Assembly (NCBI GenBank): GCA_000004695.1
Contig: CM000151.3
Span: 1,280,001-1,344,000, forward strand
Direction of reading: 5' to 3'
Length of the DNA stretch: 64,000 bases
Source of the DNA: Dictyostelium discoideum
Taxonomy: Eukaryota
Positions 14,745-26,174 of the stretch are shown one piece after another. The position numbers were made by a program, and so were the translations under genes. The stretch's first letter is position 1. The number at the start of each line of letters is the position of its first letter. Under the pieces are notes generated by a model that did no database searches, was not told where the DNA came from, and saw nothing but the letters and a program-made list of their open reading frames with translations.

Positions 14745-16604
14745 ATGAGTTCAAACGAAACTCTTCCAAATTCAGAACAAGAAAATAATAGTAAAACTGA
14801 TACCAAAAATGATAATAAAAATATAGGTGATGAAAACAAAATAATCGATACAGATAAAGATATGAAAGACAATGATACCATAAATGGTAAAGAGAATGGC
14901 AACATAAACATAAATAGTAATAATAACAATAATAATAATATTGATACAGATAAGGAAATGAAAGAAACTTCCTCAATTGAGGAAGATGATAATAATAATA
15001 ATAAAAACCAAAACAACAATAATAATAATAATATTAAAGAGGAGAACGATAATTTAACCGAACTCAAAAATAATAATAATAAAGAAAATAAAGAAAATAA
15101 AGAAGAAACAATTAAAGAGGATAAAGAAAAAGAGAATAATAAAGAACCTGTAAAAAATAAAGAAGAAACAAACAATATAAATAATAATAATAATAAAAAT
15201 AATAATAGTGACAATATAAATAATAATAATAATAATAATAGTAAAGAAACATTAAATAAAATATCATCAATGTCAAAAGTATCATTAACAAGTGAAAGTT
15301 CAGAGATTAACGGTCAAGTGAATACGGGTGTAGTTAATAACAATACAAATATAGATATCACACAAACCAATCTTGATGAGCCAAGAGATTCAAGAGTAAT
15401 AAAATCAATTTTAAAAACTATGGGTATTCAAGCTCATGAGCCAAGAGTTGTTAACCAACTCTTAGAATTTATGTATAAATATGTTTTTGAGGTATTACAA
15501 GACGCAATGATATATGGTGAACATTCAGGAAAGACTGATATTGATGTATCAGATGTTAGATTATCAATTCAATCGAGAGTTAATTATCAAATTTCAACAC
15601 CACCACCAAGGGAGCTATTATTATCAATAGCCGAAGAAAAGAATAAAACACCATTACCACCCATTCCAAATAGATATGGTGTGTTTTTACCACCTGATGA
15701 ATATTGTTTAACCAATCCAAACTATCAAGCAAATCCAACAAAACCTGTATTTCAACCTGTTCAACCATTGGTTGGAAATACTTCACGTGGTAATTATAAT
15801 AAAAAACAATCTGATAAACAAGTTTCAATTAAATTTAATTCAATGTCAAATAATTCTACTACTACTACTACAACTACACCACCAACTATTGGTAGTCAAA
15901 ATGGTACAACAATCGTTTCACCTCCAAATTTAGGTAGTTTAGGAACTACAACAACTACTACTACTACTACAATTACACCACCCCCACCAATTTTACCATT
16001 ATCATCTAATATTAAACCACCAACATTATCAATTCCATCATCAATTACATCACCACCAACAGTAACTACAAAAAATACATCCACACCAATCATTGGATTG
16101 GGTTCTACTACTGTTGCACCACCTAAAACTTCTTCTTCCTCTTCAACAATCGCTCCACCTGTATTGTCATTACCAACTTCAATCACTTCACCACCAACTG
16201 TAACTGCTTCCTCAACAACAACAACCACAACAGCACCTACAACAACATCACCAACCATTCCATCTTTATCATCACCAACTACAGCAGCAACAACAATTAC
16301 TGTAAAGAAAGAGGATGTAAAAATGGATGATTTTGATGATTTTGATGGTCAAATGAAAGATGACATAACACCATCATCAACACCACAACAACCATCACAA
16401 CCAACAGAATCAGAAACAACAACAACTGCGACAGCAACAACAACACCTGCTGTAACAACAACAACAATACCACCAACAACAACTTCAACCACACCACCAA
16501 CAACAGCAACAACCTCAACAACACCACCACCATCAACAACAACTACTTCAACACCACCAACAACTTCAACAACACCACCTCCACAAATAAAAGAAGAAAA
16601 ATAA
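14745..16604 (+). CDS. taf9: TFIID subunit TAF9 (histone-fold TAF), single exon with N-terminal Asn/Lys-rich and C-terminal Thr/Pro/Ser-rich low-complexity extensions
   Basis: The core SRVIKSILKTMGIQAHEPRVVNQLLEFMYKYVFEVLQDAMIYGEHSGKTDIDVSDVRLSIQSRVNYQISTPPPRELLLSIAEEKNKTPLPPIPNRYGVFLPPDEYCLTNPNYQ is colinear with the human TAF9 histone fold and conserved region (...[84 protein letters not shown]...LPPDRYCLTAPNY). Confidence 0.85.
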   Translation: MSSNETLPNSEQENNSKTDTKNDNKNIGDENKIIDTDKDMKDNDTINGKENGNININSNNNNNNNIDTDKEMKETSSIEEDDNNNNKNQNNNNNNNIKEENDNLTELKNNNNKENKENKEETIKEDKEKENNKEPVKNKEETNNINNNNNKNNNSDNINNNNNNNSKETLNKISSMSKVSLTSESSEINGQVNTGVVNNNTNIDITQTNLDEPRDSRVIKSILKTMGIQAHEPRVVNQLLEFMYKYVFEVLQDAMIYGEHSGKTDIDVSDVRLSIQSRVNYQISTPPPRELLLSIAEEKNKTPLPPIPNRYGVFLPPDEYCLTNPNYQANPTKPVFQPVQPLVGNTSRGNYNKKQSDKQVSIKFNSMSNNSTTTTTTTPPTIGSQNGTTIVSPPNLGSLGTTTTTTTTTITPPPPILPLSSNIKPPTLSIPSSITSPPTVTTKNTSTPIIGLGSTTVAPPKTSSSSSTIAPPVLSLPTSITSPPTVTASSTTTTTTAPTTTSPTIPSLSSPTTAATTITVKKEDVKMDDFDDFDGQMKDDITPSSTPQQPSQPTESETTTTATATTTPAVTTTTIPPTTTSTTPPTTATTSTTPPPSTTTTSTPPTTSTTPPPQIKEEK

Positions 16605-16712
16605 ATAGAAATTAAATCATTTATATTTATTCATATCATATTATATATATTTATAATAAAAAAAAATAAAAAAAAGAAAAAAATAAAAAAAAAAAAACTT
16701 TAAATTATTTTT

Positions 16713-18183
16713 TTAGTGTAAACCATTTCCATTTCCATTTCCATTTCCATTTCCATTTCCATTTTCATTTTCATTTCCATTTCCATTTCCATTACCATTC
16801 GTAATTTCATTTCCATTTGTTTTTCCATTTGTATTAGTATTTGTATTTTGAAGTTTATTTTCACAACCTGGACAATTATGTAATGATTCATGTATAAATA
16901 GATCACAATCTAAACAAAATATCTCTTGACAACGTGGACATGAAAAAAATAAAGATAATATTGATTTCTCTGATGATGATAAACAACCTATACATGTTAC
17001 ATTTTTATTTAATTCCCTATTATAATAATAATAATGATAATAATTAAGATTAATATAATTATTAATTAATATAAATAAAAATAATAATATAAAACACTTA
17101 CTTCCAATTAACTTCATTAAATAAAGGTATTTGAAATAAATGATGATATGATCTTGCTAAATGAGGTGAAGAAACTAAAGAAAGATTACAAATTTGACAA
17201 TCAGTTGGTAATTCACAAGATTTAACACCACAACGTGGACATATGTAGCCAGAGTATTTCATTTTCTCATGACAAATACAAGGTGATGGTACAGTGGAAG
17301 TGATTTGTTGAGGAAAACCCATTTCAACCAAAGCTGCTTCAGTTTTACCAATGGTTGGTGGTGGTTGACATTTTAACATTAAACTTTCATTGAAATGTTC
17401 TTCATTTAGAATTACTTTTGAGGTACCATTAGTTTGTTCTGCTATAGCCTTACAAATGTATAGTTCGGCAGCCATATGAATGAATGAAACTCTAATGGAT
17501 TCATTCTTTAATGATTGAATTGTTTTTTGTAATGATGAAGGATCGCATGTCGTCAATGATGAGAATATGAATAACACTTCCCTACTACCATACTTTGGTA
17601 CATAGCATAGTGATGATAGTGCAACCTCTAATGAATTTTGAATTGATGGTTCACCTTCCATCGCTATGGCATCTTTCATAGCTTGTATATGTCTTAATCG
17701 GTTACCTGATAGTTCAGAGATTTTCTCTGCTTTACTGTTTTTTGTGATGATAATTGATAATTGTGAGATTGGATTTTGGTCGAAAAATTCCTTTATAAAG
17801 AGTTCAACATTTTGTAAAAGCACTTGATAACGTGATGGTTTTAAATCTTGATTGGATAACGTCTTTGAAAGATCCAATATCAAACATAAATGTCTTTGCA
17901 TACCTCTTCGTACACGTTGATCTTGACTTAATATACCATCCCTATCTTTATTTTTTAATCTACGATTACGTGTATTCCTCTCCTCTTGATTCGATGGTCT
18001 TAATCCATGTTCATCTTCATCTATTGTTAACCATGTCTTTTCAAATCGATTCTCCCATTTATATTTATTTGTTCCATCTTCATCATTGGTTTGTAATACA
18101 TGTGCTGGCCCATCTTCATCATCATATAATGATCTATTGGTCCTTTTATTTTGTGCATTGTTATTATATATATTCTTACTCAT
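16713..18183 (-). CDS. gtf2h2: TFIIH subunit p44 (GTF2H2 / Ssl1); two exons, about 18183..17102 and 17016..16713
   Basis: ATG 18183. Exon 1 contains the vWA domain and C4 zinc finger: KYKWENRFEKTWLTIDEDE...RGMQRHLCLILDLS...QDLKPSRY...NPISQLSIIITKNSKAEKISELSGN...REVLFIFSSLTTCDPS...MGFPQ...YICPRCGVKSCELPTDCQICNLSLVSSPHLARSYHHLF, near-identical in layout to human p44. It ends at a GTAAGT donor. Exon 2, after a TAATAG acceptor, encodes the C-terminal RING-like C4C4 (TCIGC...CPRCQEIFCLDCDLFIHESLHNCPGC) and then a (GN)n tail. The joined length is 1386 nt, a multiple of 3. Confidence 0.9.
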
Positions 18184-18774
18184 TTCTATTTTATATATAT
18201 ATTTATATTTTTTTTTTTTTTTTTTTAAATGAATATGAAAAAAAAAAAAAAAAAAATAAAATTAGTGAAAAAAAAAAAAATTAAAAAAAAAAAAAAAAAA
18301 AAAAATATACAAATAAATAAAATTGAAAAAATTATATAAATAAAATTTTAAATAGATACAATGAAGGAATTGAATTATAATATTATAAATTTAAAATTTT
18401 AAAAAAATCTGATCCAAGTATTTTATTCTTAAAAAATTAATTCTTTTAATTTAAAAAATTAATAAAAAAATAAAAATTGTTTTTTTTTTATTTTTTTTTT
18501 ATTTTATTTTTATTTTTATTTTTATTTTTTTTTTTTTTTAATACACACGAAAGAAAACACCACACAAAATTTTTTTTTTTTTTTTTTTTATTTATTTTAA
18601 AATTTATTTATATTTAACACAATAAAAAAAAACAAATAAACAATTAAAAAAATTATATATAAAACATCCGATTTATAAATAATAATAATTTTTAGGTTTA
18701 ATTAAATAGTATCAGAAATAAACTATACAATTTACACATATAGAGTATAGTTTAAATAAATAACAATATATAAA

Positions 18775-19620
18775 ATGAATAATTTTATGATAAAATGTGT
18801 ATCAAATGCAGTATTCAAATTTATAGGAGTTAGAAGGTTAGCAAGTTTTGCGGCTCTATCAATTGGTCCCAAAATAGTAGATCATACAGTAAATAAAGTG
18901 ACAGGAGGTTTAATACCTGTTCAAGTTGTTAGATTACTTCGTACCTCTTTATCTTATGCTCCATTGGCTGTTGTAATGGGTACAAGTGGTGCAACAGGTG
19001 GTGTTGCTCCAGTTGCTTCTGCTGTTACCTATTATATTTTAGTTCAAGTTTCGGAAAGTAAGATATTATTATAAATTCAATATTATTATTAATAATAATA
19101 ATAATAATAATTAATAATACCATTTTATAATTTATACTAATAAAATATATTATTAGCATTATGTATGTTATTAGTCAGAGAAGCAACAGGTGCAACATTT
19201 AGAGGGGTAAAATATGTAGTATCGTCAACCTACAATACAATTACAGGTAAAGATAGAAGAGAAGAAAAAATGGTAGATATAGAGTTAGAAAGTTGGGTAT
19301 TTTTAGAAAAAGAGGAAATTCCAGTTGAAGAATTTTCACCTGAAAAGGTAAAAGAGGTTGAAAACTATTTTAATTCAATAGAATTAGATAGATTAGGTGT
19401 AGATAGTGAAAATAATAATCATATGAATGACAATAACAATAACAACAACATTATAAATAATGGCCAACAAATTAATATAAATAACAGTTATTATCAAGCA
19501 AAAGATCCAAAAGAAATGGAAGAAATTTTAACAAATTTAAATAACAATATAAAACTAGATAAATTAGAAAAAACAAATATTAGAAGTAGTAATAATCTCG
19601 ATGATTTCATTCTATTGTAA
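18775..19620 (+). CDS. small membrane protein with Gly/Ala-rich (glycine-zipper-like) hydrophobic segments and an Asn-rich C-terminus; two exons, about 18775..19057 and 19157..19620
   Basis: ATG 18775, donor A|GTAAGA about 19058, acceptor TATTAG about 19156. The hydrophobic segments read LASFAALSIGPKIV and LAVVMGTSGATGGVAPVASAVTYYILV; exon 2 reads LCMLLVREATGATFRGVKYVVSS..., then an acidic/Asn tail to TAA 19618-19620. I cannot assign a family; a FUN14-like domain is one possibility. Confidence 0.45.
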
Positions 19621-20205
19621 AATTAAAACTAAAAAAAAAAAAAAAAACGACTGTAACCAAGCATTTACATGTATATAATAACAATTTAAAATAAAAATTA
19701 TAATAATAATAAAATATTATTATCCAATACCTTTTTTTTATTTATCTTTTTTTTTTTAAACAACTAATGACCCATCTAAAAAAAACAGATTTAAATTTAT
19801 AAACCTGTTTTTTTTTTTAACAACGAATGATGCCCATAAATTTAAAATGAACCAGACGAACCAACTTACTGCTCACTTAAACCCTAAAATACATAATCTA
19901 TAATTAATATTAGTAACAACAAATACCTCAACCCAAAAAAAAAAAAAAAAAAAAAGAGTCCAAAAACCAAAAAAAATTAAAAAACATATTATCATTATTA
20001 TTTTTTTATTTTTTTTTCGTATTAATTAATATGCAGGTGCGTCTTTTTTGTTTTGTTGGTTATGTGGCAACAGAATGTTAAAAAAAAGGTTAACAATTAA
20101 AACAATTTTCTGATAAATATCTAGTCATTTATTTTTTTTTTTTAAAAAAAAACAGATCCCATATCATAAAAACAACTCGATTTCAAAAGTAAAAAAAAAA
20201 AAAAA

Positions 20206-20254
20206 GATTCACAGGTCGGAAAATAATAAAAAAAGGTTCACAGGTCGGAAAAAA
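20206..20254 (+). promoter_or_regulatory. direct repeat GATTCACAGGTCGGAAAA, two copies 29 bp apart, about 180 bp upstream of the family-gene ATG; a candidate family-specific cis element
   Basis: gattcacaggtcggaaaataataaaaaaaggttcacaggtcggaaaaaa is a relatively GC-rich island in an A/T-only promoter. The same pair occurs in inverted orientation at about 25695-25745. A single variant copy gattcacaagtcagaaaa sits at the same relative position upstream of copy 4 (37601-37618). A related agagcattcacag/agagcattcaaag pair lies upstream of copy 3 (about 31293-31335). Confidence 0.35.
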
Positions 20255-20432
20255 TAAAGATATTTTCTCACAGCAGAAGATATTTTTTTTTTTTTGGGTA
20301 TTCTTTTCATTTTTTTTTTTATTTTTTGGTATTCTTTTCATTTTTTTTTTTATCTGGTAATAATATGATGTGTCATTTTTTTTTTTTTTTTTCATTTTGT
20401 TTTTTAATTATTTTTTAGTATATAGATTTTAA

Positions 20433-20831
20433 ATGGGGAAATTTTTTATTTGTTTTTTGATGTGTTCAATGTTTTTTTGTTTTGTTAATTGTGTTGAACC
20501 TCCAAAAGATGAATATGACTGTTTCTTTAATTTTATTACAAAAATAAACCTTTTTTCATTCTTTCCAAAAATCAATGCCACTCACTATAATTTTTGTTCA
20601 GTTAATATTAAGTGTGATGAAGTTACTGGAACAATAAAAGAGTTTGTATTTTATTTTTATTTTATTTTATTTTATTTTATTTTATTTTTTATATTATTTT
20701 AACAAACTTTATTAAATATAATTTATTTTATAGTGTTACTATATTAAACACATTAACTAGTGGATATAACAACCAAGCAATACTGCCAACAGATTTAGCG
20801 TGTCTTCCTAATTTTAGTAGAATGTATGTAT

Positions 20832-20868
<37 letters not shown>

Positions 20869-23800
20869 CCTATTAAACGTCATAATATAATATATAGATT
20901 TTTACAAAATTTAAATATTTCAAAAGAACTTGTATTTTATCAATTCCCACAAACAATTTATGAAGTAACATATAATTATGAAAACTATGCTTGTAGTCCA
21001 ATTGATCAAAAATTACCTGATATTCCATCTTTGTAAGTATACGGATATATTTTTTTTTTTTTTTTTTTTTTTGATTAAATAAAAAAGTAATCTAAAATAA
21101 TATTTTATTTTTAGTTTTTTTTATTGTAAATCCATTTCCGGAACAAGAATAAAAATGTCACACATAATGAATCAGAGACTTTTTAATTTAAAATATAGTT
21201 ACGTATATTTTGAAAACGATGTTATTGCAACGCATAATATCTCAATGGTTGCGTTTACAGCAACTTCATTAAACTTTGCAGACTTTTCAAACTTTAAGAG
21301 TTTACAAACTTTCTCAATGTATTTTAATCAAGATTTTGTAATTTCATCAATCCAAAACTTTTCAACAATTATTGCAAATTCCATACAAATAGAGCACGAC
21401 ACAGGTATTTTGTATCCATTTTATATACCATTAAATAATTTCACTCAATTACTAGCAATAACCGCACTTTTTGAAAAACCAATTTCATTAATAAATCTTT
21501 CAACTTATGGTTTTAAGCAACTGCATCTTTTGCATGTTGGAAACGAGTTTAATTTAAATGGTGAGATTCCGATAATTCCACCTCATGATTGCTATTTTTT
21601 AGTATACTATGGCAATTTTAATGTATTTCCAAATTTTTCAATTATTACAGGATCTTTTGGTTCTTATCAGTCAAACTTTTCAATTACTTTACCACCATAT
21701 TCAGGTAAAGGTGCAATGATCTCTTTAATAAACAATAACCTTATTGGAACAATTGATGAATCTTGGTGTAATGTCAATTTGGTAATTTATAAAAATAAAT
21801 TAACAGGGTATGTTTAAAAAAATATATAAATTGCGCAAATTTAACTATCTAACTTTTTTTTTTTTTTCAATTAATAGAAAAATACCTTCATGTTTTACTT
21901 GTTATTTTTCAGATCCCTCTATATTTAATTATTTTTCTGGTAACCAATTTACAAACTACAACCAATCAATTGGATGTTCTGAATTTGCACCAAGATTTCA
22001 ATTATTGGACATTTCAACCAAAACTTTCCGTGTAACAGGTATTAATATAGGTTTTTATCCTAATAATTGGTTATTAAACTCAGTTGATTCCCCATATAGT
22101 ACTCAAATTATCTCAATGGGGTATGAATATGTTGTGATGTACTTATTTTCAATAATACCAAGTCCAAAATACTTTAATGTTACATTTGTGCATCCAGCAC
22201 CATCACGAACAATATCATTCCCTCTTGGTTATCAATTCCCAAATCCAACAGGTATAAAAATAACAGCAAATCAATTAATAATTACAGGTGAACTATTTTC
22301 AAGTTATATGGGTTACTCAGATCAATCAGTCCAATTTGAAGAAACATCTACTAATTGTACAATAAAAGATGGTAATTTCTTTAATATAACTTGTGAATTT
22401 GTACCATCATCTATTTCTACCTTAACATACCCAACAATCATTAAAATTAAAAATGATAATTTAACACCTAAATCAAATTCCATGTCCTAATAATTGCGAT
22501 GATATTAATAATAGTATTTGTGATCTTTCTAAGGGTATTTGTGTCCCACCTTGTAAAAATGATTGTGGAATATTCGGTGAATGTAATGATCAAACTGGAG
22601 AGTGTGATTGTGATTCAAACCATCAAGGTCCAAATTGTTCTGTACCATTTAAACAATGTCCAACAGGTTCAAATTCTTTAATTTGTAGTAGTGCAGATTA
22701 CAATATGTGTAACAATCAAACTGGTATTTGTACATGTTCTCCTAGTCAACAAGGTCAAAATTGTTCATTACCATTTAAACAATGTCCAGTTGGCTCGGAT
22801 TCTTTAATATGTAGTGGAGGTAATAACAATTGTAATAATCAAACAGGTATTTGTTATTGTGATTCAAACCATCAAGGATCTGCTTGTTCAATACCATTTA
22901 AACAATGTCCAGTTGGTTTGGATTCTTTAATTTGTAGTGGAGGTGACAATAATTGTAATAATCAAACTGGTGTTTGTACTTGTTCTCCAAGTCAACAAGG
23001 CTCTGATTGCTCATTACCATTTAAACAATGCCCAGTTGGTTTAGATTCATTAGTATGTAGTGGAGATTACAACAACTGTAATAATCAAACAGGTATTTGT
23101 TATTGTGATATTAAATTTACAAATGATGATTGTTCAAAACCAAATCAATATATATCATCTGTTTCACCATCGACCACAAATGGAGGTGAGGCATCATTTT
23201 TTGGTTGGTTTGGAGATATTCATTCAAATCCATCATTATTAATTGGAGCTCAACAATGTCAACCAATAACATATAATTCTTCAATCGAAATTAGATGTAT
23301 TGCACCACCAGGTAATGGAGTATATGATATTACTTTTAATCAAAATGATATCATGTATCAATTAAGAAATGGTTATAGTTACCTTGAAATTTTTAAAAAT
23401 TGTCCAAACAATTGTACAAATTCAAATCAAGGAAATTGCAATACTTCAAATGGAGAATGTAATTGTATAAACAATTACTATTCATTCGATTGTAGTTTAA
23501 AAAGAAATAATAACACAGGTGGTAACAATGGTGGTAACAATGGTGGTAACAATGGTGGTAACAATGGTGGTAATCCCTCGATTGATCCATCAACAGGTGG
23601 AACTAATATTACTGATAATCAAGTAAATTTCCAAATTTATTTTAAAAATTTATTTGAAATTGATTTCAACGGTAATATTGTAAATCAATATTCATTGCAA
23701 AGTAATTGGACTCTCAATAAGACTAAAGATTCACAAGAAAATAATATTTACAAATTAACACAAATCATTCAACAATCATGTGAAATTGTAACATTGATAG

Positions 23801-24396
23801 AAGAAGTTTCAACATCTAAACAATATTCATTTGCAGGCTCAACATTCACATTAGATGCTGGTTCAATTAAATTAACAATTTCGATATCAAATTATATTTA
23901 TAATAGCAGTTTAAATACATTACAACTTCAATTAATATCATCAGTAGATAATGAAAGTGAAGGATCAGATTGTAATATTAAACAAGTTTCTACAAATGAA
24001 ACCAATACATCCTCATTTAAATATATTAAAATTTCAAAAGATAATAGAGTCCTTCAAGGTAGATTCATTAATCAAATACTATCAGATGGAAGACCAACAT
24101 ATTTATCAATTGATGTTAATAATAATGGTAATTCAGTAATTGCAACATTAAATCTACCACATTTTGTAAACCAATCAATTATCGATCCAGACTTTTCAGT
24201 TTTACTCGAAACTGATTTTAAATCGGAATGTGACAATAAAAACTCTCGTAAATGGTTAATACCAGTTGCTGTGGCAGTCCCAATCGTTGGTCTTTGTTCT
24301 ATTGGAGTGATTGTATATTTTTTATATAGAAAACATTTTGTTGAAATACCTCTAAAAGTTAAATTACAAAGTATTGGAAATAAAATAAATAAATAA
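20433..24396 (+). pseudogene. copy 1 of the tandem LRR-EGF-IPT transmembrane receptor-like gene family; five-exon structure intact at the 5' end but with a frameshifting indel in exon 5 (about 22458-22466)
   Basis: Exons lie at about 20433..20641 (signal peptide MGKFFICFLMCSMFFCFVNC), 20733..20826, 20880..21030, 21115..21807 (LRR-like: NLSTYGFKQLHLLHVGNEFNLNGEIPIIPP...LINNNLIGTIDESWCNVNLVIYKNKLTG) and 21878 onward. Relative to copies 2-5 the sequence gataatttaATAAGAAGAGTAATTGTCAATCCATTAATTGGACAActaaatcaa is replaced by gataatttaACACctaaatcaa. This is a net loss of 32 nt, so the frame terminates at 22490 and the EGF/IPT/TM part (ORF 22705..24396) continues in another frame. Confidence 0.6.
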
Positions 24397-25348
24397 AAAA
24401 CCTTTACATTAAAATGTAAATCGTCCCTCATATTTTATTTTATATTTTAATTTATTTGTAAATCATTTGAAAAAAAAAAAAAAGAAAAAAAACAGACTGG
24501 ATACATACTTTAGTTTTTATATTTTATATTATTTTGTATTTTTGGTTGAGTTTCTTTTTTTAAATACTAAATTCATATTAAAAATTAAATCATTTGATTT
24601 TTTTTATTTTAAGTGTATATATTATTATTATAATTATTATTATTTTATTTTATTTTTTTCGGATTAAACTTTGATAAAAAAAATGTAATAAATATGAATT
24701 TTGTGTGTAATTTTTTTTTTTTTTACACAAGCAATACAAAACAAAGCTTTTTTTCCAATTTTTTTTATATTTGTCGAGCAATAAAAAAAAAAAAAAAAAG
24801 CAGCTGAAAATCAAATAAAATTAAAAAAATAATTATTTTTTTTCCTCGTCTTGCTTGATTAATATTCAGATATGACTCAATAATTATCTTTTTTTTTTAT
24901 GAAATTTTGTTTTTATTTTTTTTTCTCCTCTTGCTTAATTGATATGCAGATATGACCTAATAAGAAGAGATATTGAATTTTTTTCCATAGATTGTATCAC
25001 CAAAAGAATCTATTTATGTTTGATTTGGAAAGACACTAAATTTAAAAAAAAAAAAAAAATAATTATTAAGTGCAAAAAAAAAAGATATTATAACAAAAAA
25101 AAAAAAAAAAATGGAAAAAAAAATCAAAAAAAAAAAAATCTTTTTTTATGTGCGACAACTATTTATTTTTTAAAAATGATATGGGATCTGTTTTTTTTTT
25201 TTTTTTTTTTTTAAAAAAATCTTTTTTTTTAAAATATTTGAGGTTTTTTACGAAACATTTTTTTTTATATTTTATTTTCACAAAATAAAAAATAAGCCAA
25301 AAAATACCCATTGCGTTATAATATGATGTGGCTTAAAAGAATTTTTTT

Positions 25349-25384
<36 letters not shown>

Positions 25385-25416
25385 TTTTTTAATTTTTATT
25401 TAGTATATAGATTTTA

Positions 25417-25866
25417 TATTTTTGTAATAAAATTAAAGAAACAGTCATATTCATCTTTTGGAGGTTCAACACAATTAACAAAACAAAAAAACATTGAACA
25501 CATCAAAAAACAAATAAAAAATTTCCCCATTTAAAATCTATATACTAAAAAATAATTAAAAAACAAAATGAAAAAAAAAAAAAAAAATGACACATCATAT
25601 TATTACCAGATAAAAAAAAAAATGAAAAGAATACCAAAAAATAAAAAAAAAAATGAAAAGAATACCCAAAAAAAAAAAAATATCTTCTGCTGTGAGAAAA
25701 TATCTTTATTTTTTCCGACCTGTGAACCTTTTTTTATTATTTTCCGACCTGTGAATCTTTTTTTTTTTTTTTACTTTTGAAATCGAGTTGTTTTTATGAT
25801 ATGGGATCTGTTTTTTTTTAAAAAAAAAAAATAAATGACTAGATATTTATCAGAAAATTGTTTTAA
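25417..25866 (-). repeat. 450-bp inverted duplicate of the family promoter plus the 5' half of exon 1 (reverse complement of about 20070..20545), inserted head-to-head into copy 2
   Basis: 25440-25545 is the exact reverse complement of the copy-1 start (atggggaaattttttatttgttttttgatgtgttcaatgtttttttgttttgttaattgtgttgaacctccaaaagatgaatatgactgtttc). 25560-25866 is the reverse complement of 20070-20400, including the ttcacaggtcggaaaa pair. The spurious poly-Lys ORF 25568..25780 (+) is identical to 20183..20395 (-). The left junction is a 33-bp inverted repeat: gttttttaatt.ttt.tagtatatagatttta forward at 25384-25416 and reversed at 25545-25578. Forward exon-1 sequence resumes at 25867 (aaatcaatgccactcac) with about 25 bp lost. 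Confidence 0.8.
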
Positions 25867-26142
25867 TTGTTAAAAATCAATGCCACTCACTATAATTTTT
25901 GTTCAGGTAATATTAAGTGTGATGAAGTTACTGGAACAATAAAAGAGTTTGTATTTTATTTTTATTTTTTATTTTTTATTTTTTATATTTTTTATATTTT
26001 TTATATTATTTTAACAAACTTTATTAAATATAATTTATTTTTTAGTGTTACTATATTAAACACCTTAATTAGTGGATATAATAACCAATCAATATTGCCA
26101 ACAGATTTAGCGTGTCTTCCTAATTTTAGTAGGATGTATGTA

Positions 26143-26174
<32 letters not shown>

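Noticed and set aside
14690-16542. Minus-strand ORFs 14690..15214, 14680..14976, 15896..16258, 16297..16542 antisense to taf9
   Set aside because: Low-complexity (poly-Leu/Ser, poly-Val) translations of the antisense of Asn-, Thr- and Pro-rich coding repeats, with no homology and no splice or start support.
19760-19830. Imperfect hairpin aaaaaaaacagatttaaatttataaacctgttttttttt downstream of the 18775..19620 gene
   Set aside because: A short stem (about 5-6 real base pairs) flanked by homopolymers. This is common in AT-rich DNA and lacks independent support as a terminator.
20183-20395. 70-aa Lys-rich ORF (identical copy at 25568..25780 on the opposite strand)
   Set aside because: Translation of A-rich promoter sequence. 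Its identity between the two sites merely reflects the inverted promoter duplication; it is not a conserved gene.
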